From an uncultured Pirellulales bacterium (GTDB lineage Bacteria > Planctomycetota > Phycisphaerae > Sedimentisphaerales > Anaerobacaceae), in contig CAZTDF010000001.1 of assembly GCA_964612465.1 (NCBI GenBank), positions 2,660 to 66,659 of the forward strand: DNA of 64,000 nt. The letters run 5' to 3'. Below are positions 50,424 to 59,500 of the stretch, in pieces; positions within the stretch are counted from its first letter, which is position 1, and every line of letters starts with the position of its first letter. The notes beneath the pieces are model-generated. The model saw only the letters and a list, made by a program, of their open reading frames with translations, was not told the DNA's origin and searched no databases. Made by a program: the position numbers and the translations under genes.

Positions 50424-51359
50424 ATGAATTTCAAAAAATGGCTTTCGGAAAATATCTTGTGGGTGCTCGTAGCACTTGTCGTAGTTAACTTTCTCATAGT
50501 GTACTGGGGTACTATCAATCTGGGAATCTATGGCACGCGCAGCTCCCTCCTGAGGTGGGACCTGCTGCAGCGCAAGAAACCGCTCTTACAGGAGCAGACC
50601 ACAGCAGCAAATGTAGAAGTTGATACGCTTACAATGCCGGGTCAGCGTCCGAGTACGGTTGCAAGTAATAATCTTGTATTAACATGTGCGGATGATGATT
50701 TGGCCTCTGCCTTTGCGTCTGTCAGGCCTGCGGTTGTCAATATAACTGCGGACAAGGTAACACAGAGAAGAGGCGGGCCGGCTTTGGCAAGTTCAGTTGC
50801 TTTCGATGACCCGTCCATACAATTCGTTGAAGAGGCATCTCTTGGGTCAGGAATTATCGTTGACCACAGGGGTTATATCGTGACCAATGCTCATGTAGTA
50901 GCCAATGCCACAAGTATCAAGGTTGTAACCTTCAGTTCGGCAAGAGTGGTTTATCCAGCCGTAATCATTCGCAAAGACCTGGAAAATGATATTGCCATTT
51001 TGAAGATCGAACTCGACTCGTCTATGCCTACTGTGATTCTCGGAGACTCCGATATGATAAAAGTGGCTGATATAGTTCTGACCGTAGGCTCGCCTTTCGG
51101 GTTAGAGCAAACCGTTACGGCAGGGATTATAAGCGATGATTCAAGAAACCTTGTCATAGACGGCCAAACCTATGATGATATGATTCAGACAGATGCGGCT
51201 ATTAACAGGGGCAATTCCGGCGGACCGCTTATCAACGTAAAAGGCGAGGTCATAGGCATAAACACAGCCATCTACGCTCCTACCGGCGTATTCACAGGTG
51301 TTGGATTTGCGATTCCTATTAACAAGGTAAAACCAATTGTCAAAGAAACAATCAGGTAA
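50424..51359 (+). CDS. Trypsin-like (HtrA/DegP-type) serine protease domain protein with an intact triad and no PDZ (MamE-N-terminal-like)
   Basis: TM anchor ILWVLVALVVVNFLIVYW. His in YIVTNAHVV, Asp in ENDIAILKI, Ser in NRGNSGGPLIN. GTG 50418 is an alternative start. Confidence 0.85.
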   Translation: MNFKKWLSENILWVLVALVVVNFLIVYWGTINLGIYGTRSSLLRWDLLQRKKPLLQEQTTAANVEVDTLTMPGQRPSTVASNNLVLTCADDDLASAFASVRPAVVNITADKVTQRRGGPALASSVAFDDPSIQFVEEASLGSGIIVDHRGYIVTNAHVVANATSIKVVTFSSARVVYPAVIIRKDLENDIAILKIELDSSMPTVILGDSDMIKVADIVLTVGSPFGLEQTVTAGIISDDSRNLVIDGQTYDDMIQTDAAINRGNSGGPLINVKGEVIGINTAIYAPTGVFTGVGFAIPINKVKPIVKETIR

Positions 51360-51364
51360 AAAAT

Positions 51365-51571
51365 ATGTGGCGAACGATAATAGTTGTAATTGTTGTATTG
51401 ATTATTTTCCTGTTTATTGGCGACAATATGCACACAACACGGGTAAATATGCCTTTCACAAACGGCTTTGAGATAAGAACGGTTTTTCTTTTGGCCTTGA
51501 GCTTTATTGTCGGTTACGGCACGGCGTCCCTCGTAGGTTTTATAAAAAACTCCAAAAATAACAAAAAGTGA
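51365..51571 (+). CDS. Small 2-TM protein with a basic tail (LapA/DUF1049-type; MamL-like by architecture)
   Basis: MWRTIIVVIVVLIIFLFIGDNMHTTRVNMPF...FLLALSFIVGYGTASLVGFIKNSKNNKK. Two TM helices and a Lys-rich C-terminus. Lies between the protease and CDF genes. Confidence 0.55.
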   Translation: MWRTIIVVIVVLIIFLFIGDNMHTTRVNMPFTNGFEIRTVFLLALSFIVGYGTASLVGFIKNSKNNKK

Positions 51572-51582
51572 ATTAATTGCAA

Positions 51583-52455
51583 ATGAGCACAATTAAATTA
51601 TATCCAAATCCTGACGATTCAGTTCAACCATTTCTGGCAGGGCTGCTGGCTAATCTGGCGATTGCCATTCTGAAGTTTGGAATAGCCTTACTGGGCGGCA
51701 GCAGGCTGGTTTTGATGGACGGCCTTTTCTCCTTTATGGCGGCAGTGGCTTTTTTGATTCCATGGCAAGCACAGGTTATAGAAAAAAAGCCTCACGATGA
51801 GAGATACCCGTATGGCTTAGGCAAGGTACTGTTTATAAGTATGGCAGTGATCGGCTTTCTTGGTCTGGTTATTTCTGTTCATATGATTTACTACAGCCTG
51901 GTGGTCATGGCTGGACTACAAATGCATGGTTTATACACCCTGGCGATAATGGTCACGATTATATCTGTAATAACCAACGAGGTTCTTTATCGATATCTTG
52001 CGGAGAAAACCAAAAGTTGCTCAAGTACAGTGTTGGCCATGTCCGGGCGTTACAATCGCATCGGTGCGTGGATTTCGTCTTTTGTCCTGTTATTTTTAAT
52101 TCTTTCTTATCTCGGTGGTGCGTATCTTGAGAGGATTGGTGTCGCAATCATTTCAATCGTTGTGTTTTTTATCAGCCTTCGAATGCTTTTTGTGGGCTTT
52201 AGCGGGATTATGGACAAGGTTCCATCACCCAAAATCCTGGAGCGAATAAGGGTATGCACGCAAAAGGTAAGCGAGGAAAAAGAGATTATAAACGTAAAGG
52301 CCAGGTACGTTGGAACACTGCTGCATATTGATATGTGGATAAGAGTAGATGATGAGCTCAGTATGGAGCAGGCCGATAGAATTGCCCGCCGCGTCAAAGT
52401 ACAGTTAATGGAGAAAATTCCTTTCGCAAGAGAAGTGAATGTTATTATCGCATGA
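51583..52455 (+). CDS. Cation diffusion facilitator (CDF) family protein with a degenerate transport site (MamM-like position)
   Basis: CDF landmarks KKPHDERYPYGLGKV and a C-terminal domain (NVKARYVGTLLHIDMWIRVD). TM2 reads LVLMDGLFSFMAAV and TM5 reads LAMSGRYNRIGAW, so the usual HxxxD/[HD]xxxD pairs are missing. TTG 51577 is an alternative start. Confidence 0.7.
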   Translation: MSTIKLYPNPDDSVQPFLAGLLANLAIAILKFGIALLGGSRLVLMDGLFSFMAAVAFLIPWQAQVIEKKPHDERYPYGLGKVLFISMAVIGFLGLVISVHMIYYSLVVMAGLQMHGLYTLAIMVTIISVITNEVLYRYLAEKTKSCSSTVLAMSGRYNRIGAWISSFVLLFLILSYLGGAYLERIGVAIISIVVFFISLRMLFVGFSGIMDKVPSPKILERIRVCTQKVSEEKEIINVKARYVGTLLHIDMWIRVDDELSMEQADRIARRVKVQLMEKIPFAREVNVIIA

Positions 52456-52934
52456 TAACGACTAAGAAAAAAGTTTTTATTTTAGTAGTTGTTTTGGCTT
52501 TAGCTGTCTTATTAATAGCTGGAAGATTGGTAGTATGCGCCAGGACTGCAGGGGTGGCCCAATCTGCTGACAGTTTTGTTTTTAACTTGCCCAATGAGGC
52601 CGGTTTCTACAATATTACCGTCGTTGAATTGAAGACCAGGATAGACAACAAATCCGATAAGAATTTTATAGTCGTCGATATCAGAGATAACGCATCTTAT
52701 GCCCAGGGTCATATACCCGGGGCGATAAACATACCTTTAAATGAACTGGGCTACCGCGTATTCAGTCTGGATAAAACAAAGGACATAATCGTGTATTGCT
52801 TTACCGGCGTAACAAGCCAGGTTGCATGCCAGATACTTGTAAATGCCGGGTTTAAAGATGTGTATAACGTGATAGGCGGAATAAAAGCGTGGAATTATGC
52901 TGTTGAAACAAGCGATGGCAGAGTAGATATTTAA
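52452..52934 (+). CDS. Membrane-anchored rhodanese-domain protein (sulfurtransferase-like)
   Basis: N-terminal TM helix VFILVVVLALAVLLIA. Rhodanese strings VVDIRDNASYAQGHIPGAINIP and active-site loop IIVYCFTGVTSQVA. ATGA overlap with the preceding CDF gene. Confidence 0.8.
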   Translation: MITTKKKVFILVVVLALAVLLIAGRLVVCARTAGVAQSADSFVFNLPNEAGFYNITVVELKTRIDNKSDKNFIVVDIRDNASYAQGHIPGAINIPLNELGYRVFSLDKTKDIIVYCFTGVTSQVACQILVNAGFKDVYNVIGGIKAWNYAVETSDGRVDI

Positions 52935-52970
52935 GAAAAATGAAGAAAAATTTAGTAGAAAGGAGCAAAA

Positions 52971-53168
52971 ATGTTGCACATTGTTGTAGGAATCATCGCA
53001 ATCGTGATTGGACTGTGGGGGATAATGGGCAACTGGTATATGTTCAAAGATATACTGGTTACTATCGTGCCGCTGGCAGTGCTTTTATTTGGAATAGTGG
53101 CAGTATTAGCCGGTATTCGCAAAATGAAAGCAAACTTGGCTGCCAAAGAGAAAAGTGAGGAGGCATAA
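52971..53168 (+). CDS. Small 2-TM protein, MamI-like
   Basis: Strong RBS AAAGGAG 5 nt upstream. MLHIVVGIIAIVIGLWGIMGNWYMFKDILVTIVPLAVLLFGIVAVLAGIRKMK.... The length, hairpin topology and IGLWG...W...VP...G pattern match my recollection of MamI. Sits directly upstream of the MamA-like gene. Confidence 0.55.
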   Translation: MLHIVVGIIAIVIGLWGIMGNWYMFKDILVTIVPLAVLLFGIVAVLAGIRKMKANLAAKEKSEEA

Positions 53169-53171
53169 AAG

Positions 53172-53834
53172 ATGACAAAGAAGAGCGAAACGAAAGAGCC
53201 CAAAAAGGATCAGGCGGTGCCGCTGACCCTTCGGACGCAGAGTTTTTTCGGCAAACTCAGAGGGTGCCTTGATGGTCTTGTTAATGGCTACTGTAATTTA
53301 ACACATATTGAAGCTGTTGAGGCAAAGGAGCTGGTCTTCAAAAAAGCTGCTGCATTGATGGAGCGTGGTCAGTACGGAAAGGCCATTGACCACTACAACA
53401 AATTGATTGGCATGGGTAAAGAAGAAGCGAATATTTATTACAACCTCGGTATCTGTTGTGAGCGGGAAGGTATGGATGAGGAGGCACAGGAGGCTTATAA
53501 GAAGGCATCTGAGATGGACAAATCCCATACGGATGCTGTCTATAGATTAGGACTGTTGGCCATAAAAAACGATGATTCTGAGGCGGCAGTTAAATATCTC
53601 AGTTCTCTTGCCCGCAAGGATAAAACGTCGTTCGACATTATGTATAACCTCGGTGTTGCCTATGACAAGCTCAAGAATTATGAAAAAGCGATAGAGAGCC
53701 TTATCAAGGCGACAAAAATTGAACCAAACTACTCCAAGGTTCACAAACGACTTGGTTACACCTATGAGGCAATGGGTAAGCGTGAAGAAGCTATGGAATG
53801 TTTCAAAAAGGCTATGGAGCTTGAAGAGATTTAG
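53172..53834 (+). CDS. mamA: TPR protein, MamA-like (220 aa)
   Basis: Five or more TPR units. The C-terminal stretch YNLGVAYDKLKNYEKAIESLIKATKIEPNYSKVHKRLGYTYEAMGKREEAMECFKKAMELEE aligns closely with the remembered Magnetospirillum MamA C-terminus (FRLGVALDNLGRFDEAIDSFKIALGLRPNEGKVHRAIAFSYEQMGRHEEALPHFKKANELDE). Its size equals MamA (about 217 aa). Confidence 0.7.
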   Translation: MTKKSETKEPKKDQAVPLTLRTQSFFGKLRGCLDGLVNGYCNLTHIEAVEAKELVFKKAAALMERGQYGKAIDHYNKLIGMGKEEANIYYNLGICCEREGMDEEAQEAYKKASEMDKSHTDAVYRLGLLAIKNDDSEAAVKYLSSLARKDKTSFDIMYNLGVAYDKLKNYEKAIESLIKATKIEPNYSKVHKRLGYTYEAMGKREEAMECFKKAMELEEI

Positions 53835-53845
53835 AAAGGTTCTTT

Positions 53846-54616
53846 ATGGCGATTCCCTTTAGAAAATCAGCCAGCGAAAAACGTCAGGAAAAGGTGCGAG
53901 TGGTCTTAGGTTCAGAGCATTTTCAGAAGAAGCGGTGGCTGCATTTATTTGGCAGGTTTATTGCTGACTATTACATGCCCATTACCATAACGGTACTGAC
54001 GGTAGCTTGTATATATGCTCATATATACTTTTACAACACATTTACCATGATGAAACAGCAGATAGACAATCGGTTAGCGCAGATAGAAGCCGGGCTTCAG
54101 ATGAGAGAAAATATTGTTACCGGCCTGACGGACGTGGTGAAAGGGTTCGTAGCCCATGAAGAGGACATATTCACATCCGCGATAGAGACAAGGAAAGATT
54201 CCATGACCGTCTCAAATGATTTGAAGAAACTGATCGAGGGCGCAAAGCAATTTGCCGGAAACGAATTTTCGCCGACTGGCTTAACAAGGCTTATGGCTGT
54301 GGCGGAGAATTACCCGCAATTAGTCTCAAGCCAGCCGTACAAAGAGCTCGTTGTTCAAATTGCGAAAGTGGAAAGCCAGATTTATGACAAAAGGCTCGAG
54401 TACAGTGACGTCATGAACATTTATAACACCCAACTGGCCACTTTTCCCGGCAATATTTTCGGGAAGATTCTGCGTTTCCAAAAACAGCCGTACTATAGCT
54501 GGGAAAATGAGGCTGAATGGGTGTTTGAAGCAAATTCACAGTTAGCTAAACCACCAGCAAATGTGGAGTCCGAGGGCATTGGCAAGAAATTAGAAGTTGA
54601 GGCTGATTCTAAATAA
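53846..54616 (+). CDS. mamQ: LemA-family membrane protein, MamQ-like
   Basis: N-terminal TM helix YYMPITITVLTVACIYAHIYF, then LemA-type helices (QIDNRLAQIEAGLQMRENIVTGLTDVVKGFVAHEEDIFTSAIETR). Located between the MamA-like and MamB-like genes, as in mamA-mamQ-(R)-mamB synteny. Confidence 0.7.
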   Translation: MAIPFRKSASEKRQEKVRVVLGSEHFQKKRWLHLFGRFIADYYMPITITVLTVACIYAHIYFYNTFTMMKQQIDNRLAQIEAGLQMRENIVTGLTDVVKGFVAHEEDIFTSAIETRKDSMTVSNDLKKLIEGAKQFAGNEFSPTGLTRLMAVAENYPQLVSSQPYKELVVQIAKVESQIYDKRLEYSDVMNIYNTQLATFPGNIFGKILRFQKQPYYSWENEAEWVFEANSQLAKPPANVESEGIGKKLEVEADSK

Positions 54617-54762
54617 AGGCAGCCTGAGTAAACAAAATAGAAAGTGATGTACCCTTGAAGGGTAATAAAATCCCGCGAGCGGAATTGTAAATTGTTGTAA
54701 AGTACCTTATCCGCGAACGAATGGGGGAATTCAATTTGGAGCACCATATAAAGGTCTGATCT

Positions 54763-55653
54763 GTGGCGATAGTGTGTAAACAATGTAATTGGTGTGTCAA
54801 GCATGTTGGCGGTTTGAATCTGTTTGGCAATATTCTTCTGCTTGCCATAAAGCTTTTAGGTGGAATATTCGGCAGAAGCCAGGCATTGATTGCCGATGCC
54901 TTGCATTCTCTAGGTGATGTTGTTGTGGCACTTATGTTACTGGTTAGCTTGAAGGTATCTTCTGTTCCACCGGATGAGGATCATCACTGGGGCCATGGCA
55001 ATATTGAGTATATCACCTCGGTCATAATAGGTGTATTGCTTATCTGTGCGGCCATTATGATTTCCATATCCGCGATATTTACTATCGTCACAGGAAGGAT
55101 GGATGATCCGGGCATTCTGGCGGTATGGGCGGCTTTGATATCTATTATTGTCAACGGAATTTTATGCAAACAGGGTATTTGTGTCGGCGAACAAATAAAT
55201 TCGCCCGTGATGATAGCAAACGCCCGGGAGAAAAGGTCAGATGCTTACACTTCTCTTGCCGCTCTGATAGGTGTTTTCGGTGCAAAGATGGGGTTTATAT
55301 TCTTAGATCCTGTTGCTGCTATTGTTGTTGGTTTTATGATTGCCAAATTCGGATTAGATACGCTTCTTGAAGGGGTCAAAGGCATATCCGACCGGTCTTT
55401 TGACAAAGAGACCCTTGCCAGCGTGAAAAGACTGGTCTTAAAGAAGGAAAGTATAAAAGATATAGGCCGATTAAGAGCCAGGCAAATCGGCCAGAAAAAT
55501 TGGATCGATCTTGAAGCGATTTTCGCTCCTGAAGTGAAAGTCTCGGAAGTAAGAACTACAATCGCAAGTCTTAGAAAAGACATAATGGAGCGATTCGAGG
55601 GGATAGCTGACGTGGTGATCATATCCCGTGCGTCAAAGCCGGAACTAAAGTAA
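54763..55653 (+). CDS. mamB: CDF transporter, MamB-like, copy 1
   Basis: GTG start. N-terminal CKQCNWC. TM2 ALIADALHSLGDVV. Loop PPDEDHHWGHGNIEYITS. TM5 CVGEQINSPVMIANAREKRSDAYTS. These are collinear with the remembered MamB strings ALVADSLHSGADVV, KPADERYPFGYGNIQYISS and CVGNENNSPAIIANAWDNRSDAISS. Confidence 0.75.
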   Translation: MAIVCKQCNWCVKHVGGLNLFGNILLLAIKLLGGIFGRSQALIADALHSLGDVVVALMLLVSLKVSSVPPDEDHHWGHGNIEYITSVIIGVLLICAAIMISISAIFTIVTGRMDDPGILAVWAALISIIVNGILCKQGICVGEQINSPVMIANAREKRSDAYTSLAALIGVFGAKMGFIFLDPVAAIVVGFMIAKFGLDTLLEGVKGISDRSFDKETLASVKRLVLKKESIKDIGRLRARQIGQKNWIDLEAIFAPEVKVSEVRTTIASLRKDIMERFEGIADVVIISRASKPELK

Positions 55654-55692
55654 ATACAGTTATCATACTTATCACATAACGAATTTAAAACT

Positions 55693-56595
55693 ATGGCAGT
55701 TGTTTGTAAAAGATGTTACTGGTGTGCCAAGCATGTCGGAGGGCTAAACTTTTGGGGCAATCTCGCCCTTCTGGTCGTAAAGCTGTTGGGCGGCATATTC
55801 GGCAGAAGCCAGGCTCTAATCGCCGATGCTGTTCATTCTCTAAGCGACGTTATCGTATCGATATTGCTTATAATCAGCTTAAAGGTCTCTTCGACGCCGC
55901 CGGACGAAGATCATCCATGGGGCCATGGTAATGTAGAATTTATCGTATCAGCCATATTTGGGGTGTTGCTTGTTTGTGCGGCTGTGGCTATTACCGCAGT
56001 GTCGATTACCTCGATTATTCAGGGAAATGTATACAATACAAGTATTTTGGCTGTGTGGGCGGCGGTCATATCCGTTGTCGCTAATGATATAATGTTCAGA
56101 CATTCCTTTTGTGTAGGCCAGAAGGTGAATTCTCCTGCAATGATAGCAAATGCCTTGGAGAACAGGGCCGATGTGTGGTCGTCGCTGGCAGTATTAGCAG
56201 GTGTTTTTGGTGCAAGGATTGGGTTTCCGGTTCTTGACCCCATTGCTGCCGTTATTGTAGGTTTTATGATTGCTAAAAATGGGATAGAAACATTGGTTTT
56301 AGGAATTAAAGGCATGACTGACCGGTCTTTTGACAAGGGAATGCTTGCCCAGGTAAAAAAAATAGTCCTGGAAGAAGTCGCCATAAAAGATGTAAGCAGG
56401 CTGCGTTCCAGACAGATCGGACAAAAAAACTGGATAGACATTGAGGCAATGTTTGATCCACAGATAAAAGTTTCAGAGGTAAAAAAGATAATCGAGAGAA
56501 TTAAGAAAAACATAATGGAAAAATTCGAAAAGATCGGGGATGTGGTAATTGTGTCCCGTGTATCAGAACCCCAGTTAAAGTTAAAGGAAATATAA
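55693..56595 (+). CDS. mamB: CDF transporter, MamB-like, copy 2 (tandem paralog)
   Basis: N-terminal CKRCYWC. ALIADAVHSLSDVI. PPDEDHPWGHGNVEFIVS. CVGQKVNSPAMIANALENRADVWSS. Roughly two-thirds identical to copy 1 by eye. Confidence 0.75.
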   Translation: MAVVCKRCYWCAKHVGGLNFWGNLALLVVKLLGGIFGRSQALIADAVHSLSDVIVSILLIISLKVSSTPPDEDHPWGHGNVEFIVSAIFGVLLVCAAVAITAVSITSIIQGNVYNTSILAVWAAVISVVANDIMFRHSFCVGQKVNSPAMIANALENRADVWSSLAVLAGVFGARIGFPVLDPIAAVIVGFMIAKNGIETLVLGIKGMTDRSFDKGMLAQVKKIVLEEVAIKDVSRLRSRQIGQKNWIDIEAMFDPQIKVSEVKKIIERIKKNIMEKFEKIGDVVIVSRVSEPQLKLKEI

Positions 56596-56597
56596 CT

Positions 56598-59500
56598 ATG
56601 ATATGGGCAAAGAATAAGGATAAAAAGAAAAAGTTAAAAACAATAACTGATGACATGACGCCCAGAGAAAAAGAACAGGTGCTGGAATATAAGAAGCGGG
56701 TAATCAGGCGATGGGCCATAGTGGTAGGGCTTCTGGCTCTTGCAACCTTTGGCTTCCTTTTTATGACGCTGCTTGACCATGTGATTAAAGGTACCCCTGA
56801 CGGTGGGCTTGAGATAAACTACAATAAGCTGGATGCAAAGCTCGCCTGGCTCGGTGCTGAGATTCGGGATTTAGACGCTACTATCAGTAGTGCACTTGGT
56901 TTAACCTCAAGCGAGGGGGTCCTCGTAAACAATGTAACATCAGGTTCACCGGCAGATCAGGTGGGTTTGCAGAGAGGCGACGTTATTATTTCCCTTGATG
57001 GAAGCAAGGTAGTCGATACCTTACAGATACAGGACCGGCTTCGGAAACTTAAACCTGGAGATACTGTCAAGCTTGTTTTAGATAAAGTAAATGGCGGCAA
57101 GAAAAATGTTTATGTTACACTTGGCGTCAAACCGGACGATGATGCTGCAACAACTGATACAAAGATTAAAAAAGTAGCAGGAACCACCGATACTGCTGTT
57201 AATCCGGTATTGTCCACGCATTGGGGAATATCGGTGTCGCCGCTGACAGATGATGCAAGGGTTGCATTCAAAATACCCGAGAAAGTTCAAGGCGTTCTTG
57301 TTGTTGCAGTCGTGCGGGGCAGTCTTGCCGATTCGCAGGGCATTAAGGTTGGAGATGTTATTGTAAGTATCAACCAGGTTTCTACGCCTAACCTGCAGGT
57401 TTTTTATCAGGCTCTCAAAGATGTTGAGAGTGTTTTGATGGATGTTTATTCATCTTCTGACGATAAAAGATTCTTTGTAACGTTTCCTGACGAAGGTGAT
57501 TCACCGCCACAAGTTGTGATGATGAGTTTTGATGAAAAAGTGGCCGAAACCCATCGTATTATCATTCCTTCTGACATGGCAGGCTTGAACGGTCAGGTTT
57601 ATTCCCGGTTTGCATCTGCTCCATATTTTATTCTGTATGATTTCAATACAAATCAGCCGACCGTAATCACTAATCCGTATGCATTACAGGTTCGCGGTGC
57701 GGGGATACCCTTAGCGCAAATGCTGATAGAACAAAAAATTGATGCCGTAATAGTAGGCGGAATAGGTCCGCAGGTATTTGATATCTTTTATCTTGCCAAA
57801 GTTAAAATCTATGGACCAGTTACAGGCAGTGTGCGAACCGCGATAACTAATTATCAGTTAGGCAAATTGCCTGAATTAAAGGAAGCTAACCTTGCCGGAT
57901 ACGGCAATTCATCGACAGCCACAATTCCGACAGGCGGCTCACCTAGGACAGAGACGGATGATACCGCTGATGATGAAGAAAGTGATGGTCTGTCCGGTCA
58001 GCCTTCGGTTATTCCACCTAAAGGCAAACCCCTCGAACTTACTGCCCAGGGCGATGCCCGTGCAAGCAGGCCGGAAACCTGCGTCTGCCCCAGATGTGGC
58101 ACAGAAGTAACTCATCCGGCAAGTACTGCCTGTGCTGATATGGTATGTCCCATTTGCGGTTCTCAGCTTATGACAGCATCGCCTGGAACTGATTCAATTA
58201 CCGGCACGGATATGACAACCCAGCTTCCAGCGACACAGATACCAACCCAGTTGAGACCTATTTCCTTAGCGGCAGGCAGTACAGTAGCACCGACAAGCCC
58301 ACCCAGCAGAATAGCAGCGATACCAACAGCCGCCAATCTATGGGCAATAAGCAATCAGCCCTCAACTACACCGCCTACAACAACACCAGTACAACAAACG
58401 GCGGGTTCTTCAACAACGGTTTGTATATGTCCTCTTGATGGCACAACAGTGACCCATCCGGTTGGTATTCCATGTTCTGCTCTTCAGTGTCCAGTTTGCG
58501 GCGGCAGAATGGTAAGTGCCAGCAGTGCAATCATTGATGGCAGCCAGATATCCAAAACTGCCGGGGTGGTAGTTGGCGGCAAACCCGATGATGTCCCACC
58601 GGTTCAGCAGGTATTTTACATACTTCCTGTTGGCGGCAAACCGGATGACATACCGCCGTCAATGGGTGGCTCGGCACAAACCGTTTCACTTGTTACGATT
58701 GGCGGCAAACCGGACGATGTACCGCCTGTTCAGCAGACATTCTACTTACTGCCAGTAGCCGGCGGACCTCCTGAGGGTATGGGCAGCGCTCCGACTGATA
58801 CCGGCAGTGCTCCGGCTGATGTGGGAGGCTCATCGCAGAGTGCTCGTTCGACAACATGTATATGTCCTGTGGATGGCACAACGGTAACCCATCCGATAGG
58901 TGTTCCCTGTTCGCAGCTTAGCTGTCCTATATGTGGTTCTCGTATGGTTAATGCCGCCCCCGGCGGTGATACTGCCGGCGGTGCAATTCAAACAGGCGGC
59001 AAACCCGATGATGTTCCACCGGTTCAGCAGGCATTTTACTTACTTCCTGTCGGCGGCAAACCGGATGACGTACCGCCTGTCCAGCAGGCCTTTTTCTTAG
59101 TGCCGGTATCGAGCCAGCCTGATGGTGTGCCGCCTTTAGGCCAGAGCACACAGTCGGTAACTCAAGCTCAAAGGACGTCGCTTGTTACGATAGCCGGCGG
59201 ACCTCCGGAGGGTATGGGTATGGGAGGGGCAGCTGATACAGGCACTGCCGTAGATGGGCCGGCACAGGGTGGTGGTCAGTCTGGCTCCGGTGCGGCCCAG
59301 ACTGGTCGCTCAGATTTATGTGTGTGCCCAATGTGTGGCGTAACCGTAACGCATCCAATATCTGTTCCGTGTTCCTCACTTACATGTCCCGTCTGCGGCT
59401 CTCGATTGGTTAACCAAACCCCTGGAGGCACAAGCGGCAATACAGCCGGCAGCAGTTTAGTACCGACAGCGGCAATTACAGTTGCTGCGACATCGAACAT

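Noticed and set aside
52940-53158. 72-aa ORF 52940..53158 overlapping the MamI-like ORF in another frame.
   Set aside because: ORF 52971..53168 has a consensus RBS and a clean two-TM hairpin. The alternative frame gives a hydrophilic Arg/Asn-rich sequence with no RBS.
58575-59109. The GGKPDD repeats, or the ACAGAA spacers, as a CRISPR array or other non-coding tandem repeat.
   Set aside because: The GGKPDD repeats are in frame within a long ORF and have variable spacing with conserved protein sequence. There are no uniform repeat-spacer units and no cas genes. The ACAGAA units are 6-mers within gene spacers.
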